Both the position numbers and the translations under genes were made by a program. The notes beneath the pieces were generated by a model that saw nothing but the letters and a program-made list of their open reading frames with translations, was not told the origin of the DNA and made no database searches. This document shows positions 25,501 to 37,650 of a stretch of DNA of 64,000 nucleotides, in pieces. Position 1 is the stretch's first letter, and each line of letters begins with the position of its first letter. The DNA is taken from NCBI GenBank assembly GCA_023213395.1, contig CM041465.1, forward strand, positions 221,471,741 through 221,535,740, in the 5' to 3' direction. The DNA comes from Cycas panzhihuaensis. Its lineage: Eukaryota > Plantae > Cycadophyta.

Positions 25501-27925
25501 AAGGCAATTCAAAATGTAACTCTTGAAGAAACTTGGATTAGTCTAAAACCTTTTGTAGCTCATCTTTGCATTTTTTGATGTACAACTTATGCACATGTAC
25601 CTAATGAAAAGAGGCATAAACTTGATAACAAGAGTAAAATGTATATTCTTGTTGGGTACAATTTAGCATCAAAAGCATATAGGGTTTGGAGTCTCACTGA
25701 GAAAAAAAGTATTCTTAATAGAGATGTCCTGTTTCAAGAAATTGATGAACAGGATAAGGTCATTGTACCTATTGTAAGTGATGAAAAACTAAAAGGCAAA
25801 GAAATCAGAGTGGGTGAGGAAAGTGAAACTGAAAGAAGCCATGGTGAAGCTTCTACTTCTTTTGTTCCTCCCTCTTCTATTGATCCTTCATCTCCATAAA
25901 GAAATTTATCTAAATGGTATCTACAAGCCATTCAAGATTTTGGCATTGTGAATCTTGACTCACACATACAAACTAGGAGCAAAATCAACTTTGCCTTAAT
26001 GTAAAAAATCTTAAGTACTGATGAACCACATTCATTTCATGAAGCTAAGGATTCAACTCAATGGCAAGAAACCATGAAGGATGAATATGACTCCATCATC
26101 AAAATTGAAGCTTGGAATCTTGTTGTGTTACCTCCTGGAAAGAAAGTAATTGGTTGCAAATGGGTGTATCGCGTTAAGTCCTTTCCAGATGGTGTTGTGG
26201 AATAATACAAAGTTCAACTTATTGCAAAAGGCTATACTCAAATAAGAGGAATAAACTTTGAAGAGACCTTTGTGCTAGTAGCAAAGATAACTACTATTAG
26301 GGTGCTAGTGTCTTTTGCCACTTAATTTGGTTGGGAACTTCATCTGATGGATGTGAAGAATACTTTTTTGAATGGAATTCTCAATGAGGAGGTCTACATA
26401 AAGCAACCTGGCAGATTTGAACAAATGGGTTATGAATAACTTGTTTGCAGATTGAAGAAAGTTCTCCATAGGCTTAAATAGGGACCTAGGGCATGGTATT
26501 CACACATTGATTATCACTTTATCTCTTTTGGGTTCATTAGACGTGAATCAGATCACAACTTGTATATATTGCATAAAGATGATGAAATCCTAATTGTAGC
26601 TTTATATGTTGATGATTTCATCATAATTGGTAGTGACACAAAAAAGATCAATACTCTCAAAAAATAATTGTCTAAAGCTTTTGAATGACTAATATTGGAC
26701 TTCGACATTTCTATTTTTGGATGAAAATTTGGTAGAAGAGTGACAATATTTTCATGTCTCAGTCAAAATATGCACATGATATCTTAAGATTCTTCCATAT
26801 GGAGAATTGCAAGTCAGTTGCTACTCCTATGGAATTTGGTCTTAAATTACCTAAGGAATTTGGGGTTGAATCTATAAATGAAACTTTATACAGGCAATTG
26901 GTCGGTAGTCTCATTTATTTGACTAACAGTAGGCCTGATCTCAGTTATGTTGTTGGTGTTGTATTGGGTTCCATGAGTGCTCTATCTACCACACATTAGA
27001 AGGCAACAAAGCGTATTTTGAGGTATGTTCAAGGAACAATTTGGTTTGTACTCTTGTTTTAGAAATCATGAGTTTAGATTACAGGGCTTTATCAACTTAG
27101 ATTGGGCAATGGATACTGATAAGAGGAAACTAACATCAAGATACGCATTTCCACTTAGTTCTAGTTTAATCTCTTGGAGTAGTAAAAAATAATCTACAGT
27201 TTCTATGTTTTCCATTGAGGTGGAATCCAAAGAAATAGTTACAACAACCTATGAAGCCATTTGGCTTAGAGGACTTCTTAATCACTTTGAACTTGTTCAA
27301 GATGACCGACTCAGTTGTTCTATGATAATCAAGATGCCACACAACTATCAAAGAATCCAATTTTCCATGTTAGAACAAAGCATGCATAAATTCACCATCA
27401 CTTTAATTGAGAGGAAGTAGAGAATAACACAGTTGAATTGTTCTATTATACCTCAAAAGATCAAATTGTTGATATTCGCACTATGGCTTTGAGTCATGAG
27501 AAGTTTTAAAGACTTATGACAGTGATGTTTATGAGAGAAAATGAACTTGACATTATGGGAGGGTGTTAGAAGAAATGCCCATTCATATTAAATGTTTACT
27601 TAAGTTTATTTTTTTATGTCATTGGAATATTTTTTCACATGGAATATTCTTACACAAGTCATTAATAAAGGGGCTTAAAAAAAGTCAAGCAGGTGATTAA
27701 GTGTGCACCATAAATTATGGTAGGAGCTCACCTTAAAATGTGGTAGGAGTCCATATTAAAAAAGGCAGGCCATTAGCGAACATCGAAGATACGTACCTCT
27801 ATATATGTCTAATGTAATTCATTATTTAGAGTCAATGAGATTTTGGAAAGTTGTGATTCATTGGTATTTTCTCATTTGCATGTGGCTAATGCTATGAATT
27901 ATGCTCCTATCCATTTTCTTTAATA
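22537..27925 (+). mobile_element. Element E: full-length degenerate Ty1/Copia inserted in D
   Basis: LTRs at 22537-22865 and 27564-27925, TSD GTTTG/ATTTG, PBS TGGGATTAGAGC, PPT GGGAGGG. Confidence 0.9.
23711..27555 (+). pseudogene. Copia gag-pol of E
   Basis: gag, WYVDSSAS protease, integrase, RT (LYVDD, YRQLVGSLIYLT..RPD), and RNase H remnants. Many stops. Confidence 0.88.
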
Positions 27926-28109
27926 ATTTGGTCCACCTTTAAGTTATCTTCTAGATGCAACACATGTATTTGTTTCTTATTTGTGATGATGTCACTTTTT
28001 GGATACCTTTTCTATAGGATCTTGTGTGTGGAAGATCCTAAGACTTGTGTGTTGTGGATTCAGTTTGCTTGAGGTCTTGTATCCTATTTTTGTATTGTTT
28101 TCATAAGGA

Positions 28110-29480
28110 TTTGAAGAAAGAAAATAGGTCAGAGATGGGGAGATGGGTTGGTGTGAAAAGGAATAGAAAATATGATTGGGGTTTTATAAGTGTGAGTGGT
28201 TTAGATATGGATATATAAGAAGGAAAATTGGAAATGGGATTTGGATTGGTTAATCTGGTAAGAATTTTATATAGACAAGAGGTGTAAATGGGGACACATG
28301 ATAAGGATATGTCAAGGATGAAGATGGAGCATGAAGGTTTGTAGAGAAATGATGGAATGATAGAGAAGGATGTAATTTTGAGCTAATAAGTATAGGGTGT
28401 TTAGAAAAAGGAAAAAAGGGTATGTAAGAATTGGAACTTGAGTGTGAGATGTTACTGAAGGGTGTGGGGGTGATAGAGAGCAAAGATGATGAGGTAGTTT
28501 CTATAAGGGATTGAGGAATAAGGGATGTGAAGGGTTAATAAGGAAATAATGAGGGATAAGGCATTGGGAATATGATTGAAATTCCATATAGAGGAGAATT
28601 ATATAAGTGGGATATGTAGGAATTGAAGGGGGATGGGCAAGTGATGAGAGATGAGTTTGGTTAGGAAAATGAGGGGAATGCATGGAAAGTGAAAGTTGAA
28701 GCAAGGGCGACAAGGGGTAAGATTGGCATGTGTTTGTGATGAGACTAGGGGATAACGTATATGGAGGATTAATGGGAGGATGGGAGGTGAGGGGTGGGGG
28801 TAACATTAAGCATTCTATATAGATAACAGAGAGAGATATGAGGAATGGGACTTGTAGTGGGGTTGAAGGATGGTAGAGCCAATGTAGGATACTAATGAGG
28901 TTGGGGAGTGACATATGGGTGGAGTTAATAAGGAACAAAGAGGAAAAGGGGTGGGTGGTATGATGGTTGTTCCATATGGACAAACATAAGGGAGAGATAT
29001 GTGGGAAGCAAGAGGAATGGAAGGTAAAGGAGTTGCATATGTGGAGGGTTGATAGAAAGATGAAGGATGTGAGAGGGAGGGAATAATAAGGGTAAAAAAG
29101 GTGTGTCCCATGAGAGAATAATGCATGTAAGGGTTTTATAGGGGACGAATAAGGGATAGGGCATAGGTATCCTTTATGGGAAAAGAGTTTTGATGGGAGT
29201 GTGTTAGGGAAGAAATGTAGGAAAAGGCATAAGGGTGAGTGAAAGGGCTAATGGAGATTAAGGCTATTGGTTAGGAGACTATTTGGGAGGTTAAGAGAGA
29301 GAAAAAGGCAAAAACAAAGCCTCATAATAAAGAGAATGTGTACACTAACTAAGTTAGAGGGTAGACCAAGTGGGGGATTCATGAAAGGAAGGGAAACATC
29401 ATGATGATAAGAGGGATGTACTCTTTTATTTGGTGACTTCCTAATGGATAAATGAAGATGTGTGGTAAAAGAGGAGTGGA
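28110..29480. repeat. Purine (G/A)-rich, C-poor low-complexity tract inside D
   Basis: About 1.4 kb dominated by G, A and T with very few C on the + strand. Confidence 0.75.
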
Positions 29481-31365
29481 TAATCTCAAGAGGTATTATG
29501 ATTTCACCTATGAAAATGTTGGAATTGAGGAGCTTAGATTTTGAATTAGATATGGACTCTTGGTAAGTTGGGATTCTCTAGAGCCATGTGATGTGGAAAT
29601 TTAGAAGGAACTATGAAACTACCAAAAGAAATGGATGAATATAAAACAATATATGAACTCACAATAGTTACCTTATTTGAGTTAGTATACAACTATGATT
29701 TTGTAGTTGATTCATCTTCACATTACTTCAAGGTAGATTCTCCATCACTTAATTCGTACATGTCAACTAGTCCTTCTTCAATGTCTCTCTCTTGTTTGTG
29801 CTATACTTTTTCTGTTCTTGATCCATGCACTTCTTAAAGGCATCTTGCAACTTCTTGGGTAGTGCTTGACTTATGTGACTTTGATATCTATGCAAGAATT
29901 AAACCATAGCGTTGATAGAAATATGTTGTTGACTTTTATAATTTCTACTTGCAATTCTCTTTTAACTTATTACTTTTGGTTCTTGGAATTATTGTAGAAG
30001 AATTCCAATATATGAGCTTTGGCCATCTCCTTCTCCACTTAATGCAATGTTAACTTATAGTATTGGAGGTAATATTAGGTGTGGAACTCTAGGAAACTTG
30101 CCATCTTTAATTATTACCACGATAGATACTTTCACCACAATCAAAAGTTCTCATGCAACCACTTGTATTGAATTGAAAAAGTCACAAGGCAATTTGATAA
30201 TAATCTCCTCGAAGAAATTAGATAGGGTTTTGATTGACGATACATGTTCTCTCGACATTGATTCCAAAACCATTTTGTAAAAATTTTGAACTTGAGGATT
30301 TGAATGCAATTGTTGCTAATGGGCTATGTTTTCAATTTGCTTTGTTGGGGATCCACCAATCCCATTAACCCATGGTATCTTTAATTTCCCACTTTATAAA
30401 GCCATGGCATGGTTGAGAATATGGTGACGAGAGTCTCCTGCATGCAATTAATCATATAAATTGTGTCTATTCCATTGAATTCTCAGAGATGGAAGGGTCA
30501 AAACAACCCTTTGTGAAGTGGCCATGAGCTTGTAACCAAGCCCATAGTTTACGATGGATAAACTATCCTTCTAGAGTTCGTAACAATACTTGACCACTTC
30601 TCACACTTCTAGATTTGGTCTCGAAGACTATCGACTATGCCAAATCAAGTTTGCTCAAGTCTCTCTTCAACTATTGGCCAAATCCTTGTAGAATTTGAGA
30701 CTGACATATTGCAAAATCATGGCTTAAGAGGGATCGCATCCCCATGAGATAGATGCTTTGACCAATAACAAAATTTTTGAAGTTTGTATTTGATTTCTTC
30801 TTCTCTTGTTGATAGTCTGTCATGCAACTTGTGAAAGGTTAACTCACCTGACTTAAGGTATTTTTAGCGATCGTGCTTTAACTGGGTGCTACCATGGCCA
30901 CCATGTAGACATGGTACTTTACCACAGATTCACCTTGTTCGTCAAGATGATTTAGTCATGTGTTCAGTACAACTTATTACATTTTCAACACAACTCGATG
31001 CCATTGGAAATGACCCCACAATCACCAAGAACCATTGTGATACCCCTTGAAGCATGCCAAATAGATTATTCAATAAATAAGAATAAAATATTTGAGCAGA
31101 TAATAGTGATTTACTGAATAGATTATGAAAGACTTTAGATACAATAATGTCAAGTGTAGATAATATTTAAAAATATAGCAAATAACAAATGAATGCAATA
31201 ATAAAAAATAATAGAGAAATTCAACAAAGTTTTCACATGGAATCAATCCATTATTTTAAAAAATAGGAAAAAAAAAAAGACCATGATATTTCGTAAGGCT
31301 TTGCTCCTTTATATACATGTTTATTGTTGGAGAAGACTTTAATACTTAATATTGACTTCCTTTTT

Positions 31366-33731
31366 CCATTTAAGCTTATTACAGTAATAAAGATACTTAG
31401 GAATAATAACGGTGGGGAGTATATCTCAAAAGACTTCAAGGAGTTCTATAAGAAGTATGGCATTGTTAGGAAGACTACCATACCAAATACTCTTGAACAA
31501 TTTGGAGTGGCTAGAAGAAAGAATAAAACATTAGCAGAGTGCAAAATCCTTGCTTAAGCATGTATCACTTAAAGATTCTTTTTGGGCTGAAGCAATATAT
31601 ACTATAACATATGTCAATAATAGATCAATGACAAAAGCATTCAATGGGAAAACCCCATTTAAGCATATTACAATAAGAAAGATACTTAAGAGTGATAATT
31701 TTGGGGAGTATATCTCAAAAGACTTCAAGTTCTATGACAAACATGGCATTGTTAGGAAGATAACCACAACATATACTCTTGAACAAAATGGAGTGGCTAT
31801 AAGAAATAACAGAACATTGGTGGAGAGTGCAAGATCCATGTTTAAGCACGCATTACTTGAAGATTCTTTTGGGTTAAAGCAGTATATACTTCAACATATG
31901 TCAACCATGGATCAATGACAAAAGCATTCAATGGGAAAACCCCAAAGGAGGGATGGAGTGCTAACAAGCCATTAGTTGCACTTTTGAAAGTGTTTGGATG
32001 TAAAGCCTATGTTTACATTCCCAAAGAGAAGCACTCAAAATTGGATGCAAAAAATGGGTGTTGCATAGTTTTGGGATACAATGAAGGGACAAAAGGTTGT
32101 ACAATTTTGAAACAAAGAAGATTGTGAATAGTCATGATGTAATTTTCAATGAAAATGTATCATGCAGTTAAGAAGTGGGAGTGACAGTAAGTGAAATTAT
32201 ACCACAAACTTCAGAGACATGAAGTTTTGCCAAGGTTGTATTTGTAGAAACCAACATAGATAAGAATTCCCATAAAAAGGGGCCAAGAGAGCCAAAGAAT
32301 TGCTAGAACTCTTCCACAAAGATATGTGTGGACTAACAACATAATGTGGTGGTGCTAGGTGCTTTCTCACCTTCATTGAAGAAGTTTAAAGTGTTTTAAG
32401 GCAATGGTTGAGAACTGAACTGGGAATGTAATAAAGATACTCAAGAGTGGCAATGTTGGCAATAAATCTCAAAAGACTTTAAGAAGTTCTGTGAGAAGTA
32501 TGGCATTGTCAGGAAGATACCTACACCGTATACTCCTAAACAAAATAGAATTGTTGAAAGAAAGAACAAAACATTGGTGGAGAGTGCAAGATGCATGCTT
32601 AAGCATGTAACACTTGATTCTCTTTGCATTGAAGTAATATCCACTATGACATATGTCAAGAATACATCAATGATGAAATCATTGAATGGGAAAACCCTAT
32701 AGGAGGCATGGAGTGGCAACAAGCCATTAGTTAGACATTTGAAAGCATTTGGATATGAAGCCTATGTCCACATTCACAAAGGTTAGCACTCAAAACTAGA
32801 TGCCAAAGTGAAGGAACCAAAGGTTCTCCAACTTTGAAACAAAGTAGATTGTGAACAATCATGATGTGATCTTCAATGAGACTATACCATACAATCAAGA
32901 AGTGGGAGTGACAATAAATAAAATTATACCATAGGCTTAAGAGACATGAAGTGTTGCTAAGGTTGTTTTTATGGCAAGAAACATAGGCAAAAATTTCCAT
33001 GGAAAGGTGCCAAGAGAGTCAAGGAATTGTCAGAGGTCATCCACACAGATATATATGGAATAGGAACATCAAATGGTGGTGTTGAGTATTTTCTCACCTT
33101 CATTGATTGCTTTTCTAAATGGTCTTTGTTTATTTCATTATAGCAAAATTAAACGTCTTGGAGAAGTTTAAAGTATTTAAGGCAATTGGTAGATAACCAA
33201 ACTGGTAAGGTAATAAAGATACTCAGGAGTGATAATGGTGGGAAGTATATATCAAAAGATTTCAAGTAGTTCTATGAGAAGTATGTCATTATCAAAATGA
33301 CAAAATAGAGTGGTTGAAAGAAAGAACAAAACATTGGTGGAGAGTGCAAGATGCAGGCATAACCATGCAACACTTGAAGATTCTTTTTGGATTGAAACAA
33401 TATCTATTGCAACATATATCTACAATAGATTAATGACAAAAGCATTAAACGAGAAAACTTTAGAGGCATGGAGTGGCAACAAGCCATTAGTGGCACATTT
33501 GAAAGTGTTTGGATATGAAGCCTATGTCCACATTCCCAAAGAGAAGTGATCGAAATTGGATGGAAAAAGTGAGTGTTGTACATTTTTGGGATACAACAAA
33601 GGAATTAAAGGTTGTACTACTTTGAAACAAAGCAAATTGTGAATAGTCCTGATGTGATCTTTAATGAGATTGTACTATACAATTAAGGAGTGAGAGTGAC
33701 AATAAATCAACCTATACCATAGACTTTATAG
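31366..33731 (+). repeat. Tandemly multiplied integrase segments of A
   Basis: A ~290-bp duplication (31366-31654/31655-~31940), plus ~730-790-bp units restarting at GACATGAAG (32216, 32943) that correspond to 21731. Confidence 0.85.
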
Positions 33732-33736
33732 CCTTC

Positions 33737-34243
33737 TGAACATGATCGAGTGCGAGGGGGGGGGGAGGGTAGAATACATATGTGTCAACATTACAAGCAA
33801 TCCTTAGGGTTTGAGAGGACTATGTAAAGATAGGTGTGAACAAAAAACCTCCCGCAAGGTGCTTGCATGTCGCATGGACACGGTTGTGAGGCTGGGATTG
33901 GCTATTTAGAGGCTAGTAGGGGATCTAAGGGCAATGCATGTGTGTGTGCATGCCTAATATGCAACCAAAGGGATCATGGACCTGTGGGGAGCAACCTAAC
34001 AAGTGCAAAAACCCTAATGCAACTATATGCAATTTTTATTTGAGTGCACCCAACAAATAGTCCTAGCTAGCACTAGTATTATAGCCTCACAAGTTCGAGG
34101 ACTTGCGACAAATGTGATCCTCTCTTTTGCTTAGACCTTGGCGCAAATAAATAGTCCTATTCTAAGTGTAATGCAATATATGATGAAAGGGAGGAATGCT
34201 TTTCTTTTGATTTCTTTTTGCACTTCTTTTTTTCTTTATTTTT

Positions 34244-34274
<31 letters not shown>

Positions 34275-36164
34275 GGGAGGGATGAAAGAGAGAAAAAGGA
34301 ATGGAAAAAGGACCTACTCTTCCTTCCTTTCTTCTTTTCGTTTTCGCTTTTTGGCCTATAGAAAAAAAAAAAGCAACTACTCAAAAGGAAACTATCCCTT
34401 TTTTCTTTTATTTTGTGGAACAAAATAAAGAGAAGAGACTCTTTCTAGCAAGGTGTTAAAGGGTACCTAGAAATTGCTTTATCTTCCAAAATTCTTTGCT
34501 TCTCACAAATTTCTTTGCTCTGTCAAGGTAGCAAATAGGCTCAAAGCACGAATAAGCAATCATATGATAAAAGCTAGATTTCTAGTGAAAATCTGACAAT
34601 CTTTATGCTTGTCGAATTACTCTATGAAAAAAAAAAGTTTGCAAAGAAGCTAAAAAAAGTCACAAAAATCTTAAACAAACAAAATTTGGCTTACCTTATA
34701 TTATGAAAACCCGTGGTGAAGATTGGGCAGCATTTTGGCTATGTAGCGAGCACCCAATCTCATGAAGGATAGGAAATGAGAGGATGAGAGTGAAGTGAAA
34801 AGGAGAAATCCATCCCAAAGCACTCCCAAAACCTACAATCACACCACCATACTCCCCTTGCAATGCAAAAGAAGGGTACACACAAAAAAGAGAAGCCAAG
34901 ACTATAGAAAGTATGCTTAAAATGTCAAGAAACAACTGTTAGGGATGTAACAAATTGTTGGCTTAGTGAGATGAAGATGAAAGCCTCAGAAATGGCTCTG
35001 AAATCTCCCTAATGTCATAGGCACTCAAGTAGTACTTGGATGTAAGTTCCCCCCTGCAAAATCCTTTTGGCCTATGGACAAAGTGATAAACAGAAGACGA
35101 GACAAAACAAGCCCACAAACAAGATAAACCAAGCAATACTTAGCTCATCCAAGTAGGAAAAAACACAAATGCAACATAAAATTGGCTTACCAACAATGTT
35201 GTGGGAGGATTACCTCTTCCCACTAAGCGAAGAAGACACCAATGGCTAAACTCTCCAACTTAAGGGCACTCTCCAACACCGTTAGATAGTCAATCTCCAA
35301 GCTGAAATGAACGTAGAAAGGTGGTAGATCAAGAAGAAAACCAAATTCTCGTGGAAATATAGAAGCATAATGACGATACCATCACACATTCACTTGACCT
35401 CCCTTTCTAATAGAAAAATGGGAGATTAAATAACGAGGTTAAATAGGTGGGGGATTGGTTTTTAGCCCATAGTATGGGTGAAAACCGTGGATGCAAATCA
35501 ATGGATCTTGCCCATGGATTTGTCTTAAAACCATGTGGAATCAAGAACTTTGGATGTGACAAGGCCTCTTGGGCCATCAAAAACTAACATGTGAAGATTT
35601 GGAGTTGACAATCGCTGCCCCATGACTGACCAAGAGCAATAAATGCGTCGATTGTCACCCTTGGGACCATTTTTAGGTAGGTGATAGTTGTACTGCAAAG
35701 ATTTTTGCAGTGTTGCAAAATCATTCGCAATACGATGAAGAACTTTGTGGTATTGTTGTTGCTACCCAAAAAACAAAGCAGTGTAGAAAATTAAGCATGG
35801 AACAAGCCCAAAAAAAAAAAAAATAATGAAGACCAAGTGGAAATAGAATCAAAATGAAGCAAATAAAGAAGAAACGAGATGCACAACAAAGCAAAAAGGG
35901 ATCGACAAGACCTTGCAAGGGTACTAAGACAATCTTTCCTAGCTCGATGAGCAAAATGGGTAGATTATTGGCCATCAACCAAAGTTGAACTCGTCATTAG
36001 CTGATAAAATAACATGTCTCACCAAGCCAACAAGCAAGCAAGCAAGGCATATATCCACGATCTAATGATGTAACATGGTAATAAAGGACAATACGAAGAA
36101 GTGGACACATACCTTCACTTACCTATTGTCGTGATGACCATGTCATTCTCGATGACTGAAAACA
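33737..36164 (-). mobile_element. Element F: 2.4-kb solo LTR inserted in A
   Basis: TG..CA ends with perfect TSD CCTTC (33732-33736/36165-36169). The right end resembles that of the C LTR, from which orientation is inferred. Confidence 0.85.
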
Positions 36165-37281
36165 CCTTCAACTCCACATGTAGAAGAAAGTTGTAAAAAA
36201 GAGAGTACGGAGGCAATCACATCCACTAAATTAGTCATTAAGTGGTTTACTAAAGTGAAGAAACGTTTGATGCCGTTGGTAGACTATGCCTCAACAACAA
36301 CAATTTTAGAGCCATAAACCTTGAAGGAAGCCTTGGAATGTGAAGTCTCATCAAAGTGGTAAGAAGTGCCTAGCATAACTCAATGTTGAACAATAAAACT
36401 TGTACACTTTCAAGACTTCCTCTAAAGAGGAAAGTAGCTCGATGTAAGTGGGTGTTTAAAATTAGGTACAAAGTAGATGGATCAGTTGAGAGGTACAAAG
36501 CAAGGTTGGTCATAAAGGCTACTCATAAGTGGAAGGTATTGATTATAACAAAACTCTCTCTTGTGCAAGAAGAAAAACATCCATTAGAGTAATGTTAGCA
36601 CTTGCAATAACATATCATTAAGAAGTATATCAAATGGATATAATGAGAACCTTCTTAAATGGTGATCTTGAAAAAGAAATCTACATTGGCCAACTTGAAT
36701 GGTATATGATCAAAGGGAATGAGCATCTAGTTGGCAAGCTGTAAAAGTTATTGTATGGACTAACGCATGTTAAAATTTTGATTTATATATCACGAGGACA
36801 ATATCAAACACCTCATAAAATGCAAGCATATCAATATGGAAACATTTGATAGTAGGTCTCATATATCACATGTGAAAGAAGGATGGATCTAGGAGATAAA
36901 TCACTCACATGCACACAATGGCAATGGAGAATGAAAAAGAAGATGAAACAAGATATGAGAGCAAGCTTGGAGGTGAGAATAAATAATGACTCCCTCCTTG
37001 AGATTTCTCCTTTTATTATTGAGGGTGAGCATTAGGGTTAGGATTTTCCCGCCTAATGACATGAACCCGAAATTACATCTAAATGCACATAAAGTGCATT
37101 TCATTAAGAGACTAATGCTAATAATATATCCTAAGGTCACATAATTAATCTACACAAATGACCTTGATACATTGATCTCTTTCAATCCCCCCCTTAATGG
37201 TGGAAGGTCATTTTCAGAAAATCTATTCTATGAGGTCTTCATTTGAGCTTCATTATTACAATGAAATTCTAAATGACACTT

Positions 37282-37319
37282 TTGTGGGAAAACCCTCGTG
37301 GGGAATAAAAATCCACGAA
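37282..37319 (-). promoter_or_regulatory. ENE-like U-rich internal-loop element in the 3' UTR of H
   Basis: Element-sense UUCGUGG-AUUUUUAUU-CCC-CACGA-GGG-UUUUC-CCACAAA. Confidence 0.55.
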
Positions 37320-37650
37320 CTTTCTAAGATCTATAGCCCCTTTTTAAAATCAAAATGGCTAAGGTGGCTCTTTGATGTAGCCTGATGGCCAAGTAGCTTA
37401 AATGTGCAGCTTAATCTGCTAAGTCTCCATATACTGTTTAGTCATCCCCTATGCCCGTTTGGGTTTTCACAGGTTCTGATTTTCCAAAACAAGTACAACC
37501 CTTATCCTTCCGTGCCCACATGGGGTTTTCACAAAGAGGATAGAGCAGAGACTTACTCTTATTCTTTCGCGCCTACAAGGGGTTTTCACGAAGAGAATAG
37601 AGTATGATGATACTGTTGCCATCTTCTTTGATCAATCGAAGATGGAGGCC

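Larger units (their letters stand above)
22003..31383 (-). mobile_element. Element D: old ~4-kb (net) non-autonomous LTR element inserted in the integrase of A
   Basis: LTRs at 22003-22333 and 31048-31383, TSD GCAAT/GTAAT, PPT (TCCTCCCTCC on +) after 22333, and a degenerate Met-PBS before 31048. Only faint gag-like remnants; no pol. Confidence 0.8.
5180..36767 (+). mobile_element. Element A: old degenerate Ty1/Copia acting as host (segments ~5180-6098, 21377-22002, 31384-33736, 36165-36767)
   Basis: gag (EKLGDENFSVWNLKI...LWNIV), Zn knuckle at ~5805, protease YIGSGAS at ~5958, VFHILGLVRNLLS, integrase, and RT (CKWVFKIRYKVDGSVERYKARLV). The reading continues across each insertion. LTRs not recognised; 3' end lost. 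Confidence 0.8.

Noticed and set aside
28250-29164. Pro/Ser/Leu/His-rich minus-strand ORFs as host genes (extensin-like)
   Set aside because: They arise in several frames from compositional skew, with no consistent repeat motif.
34138-34428. Poly-Gly/poly-Pro ORFs
   Set aside because: Artefacts of T15/G24 homopolymers in a solo LTR.
36901-37140. Duplicated ORF also at 44136-44486
   Set aside because: These are simply the two LTR copies of H.
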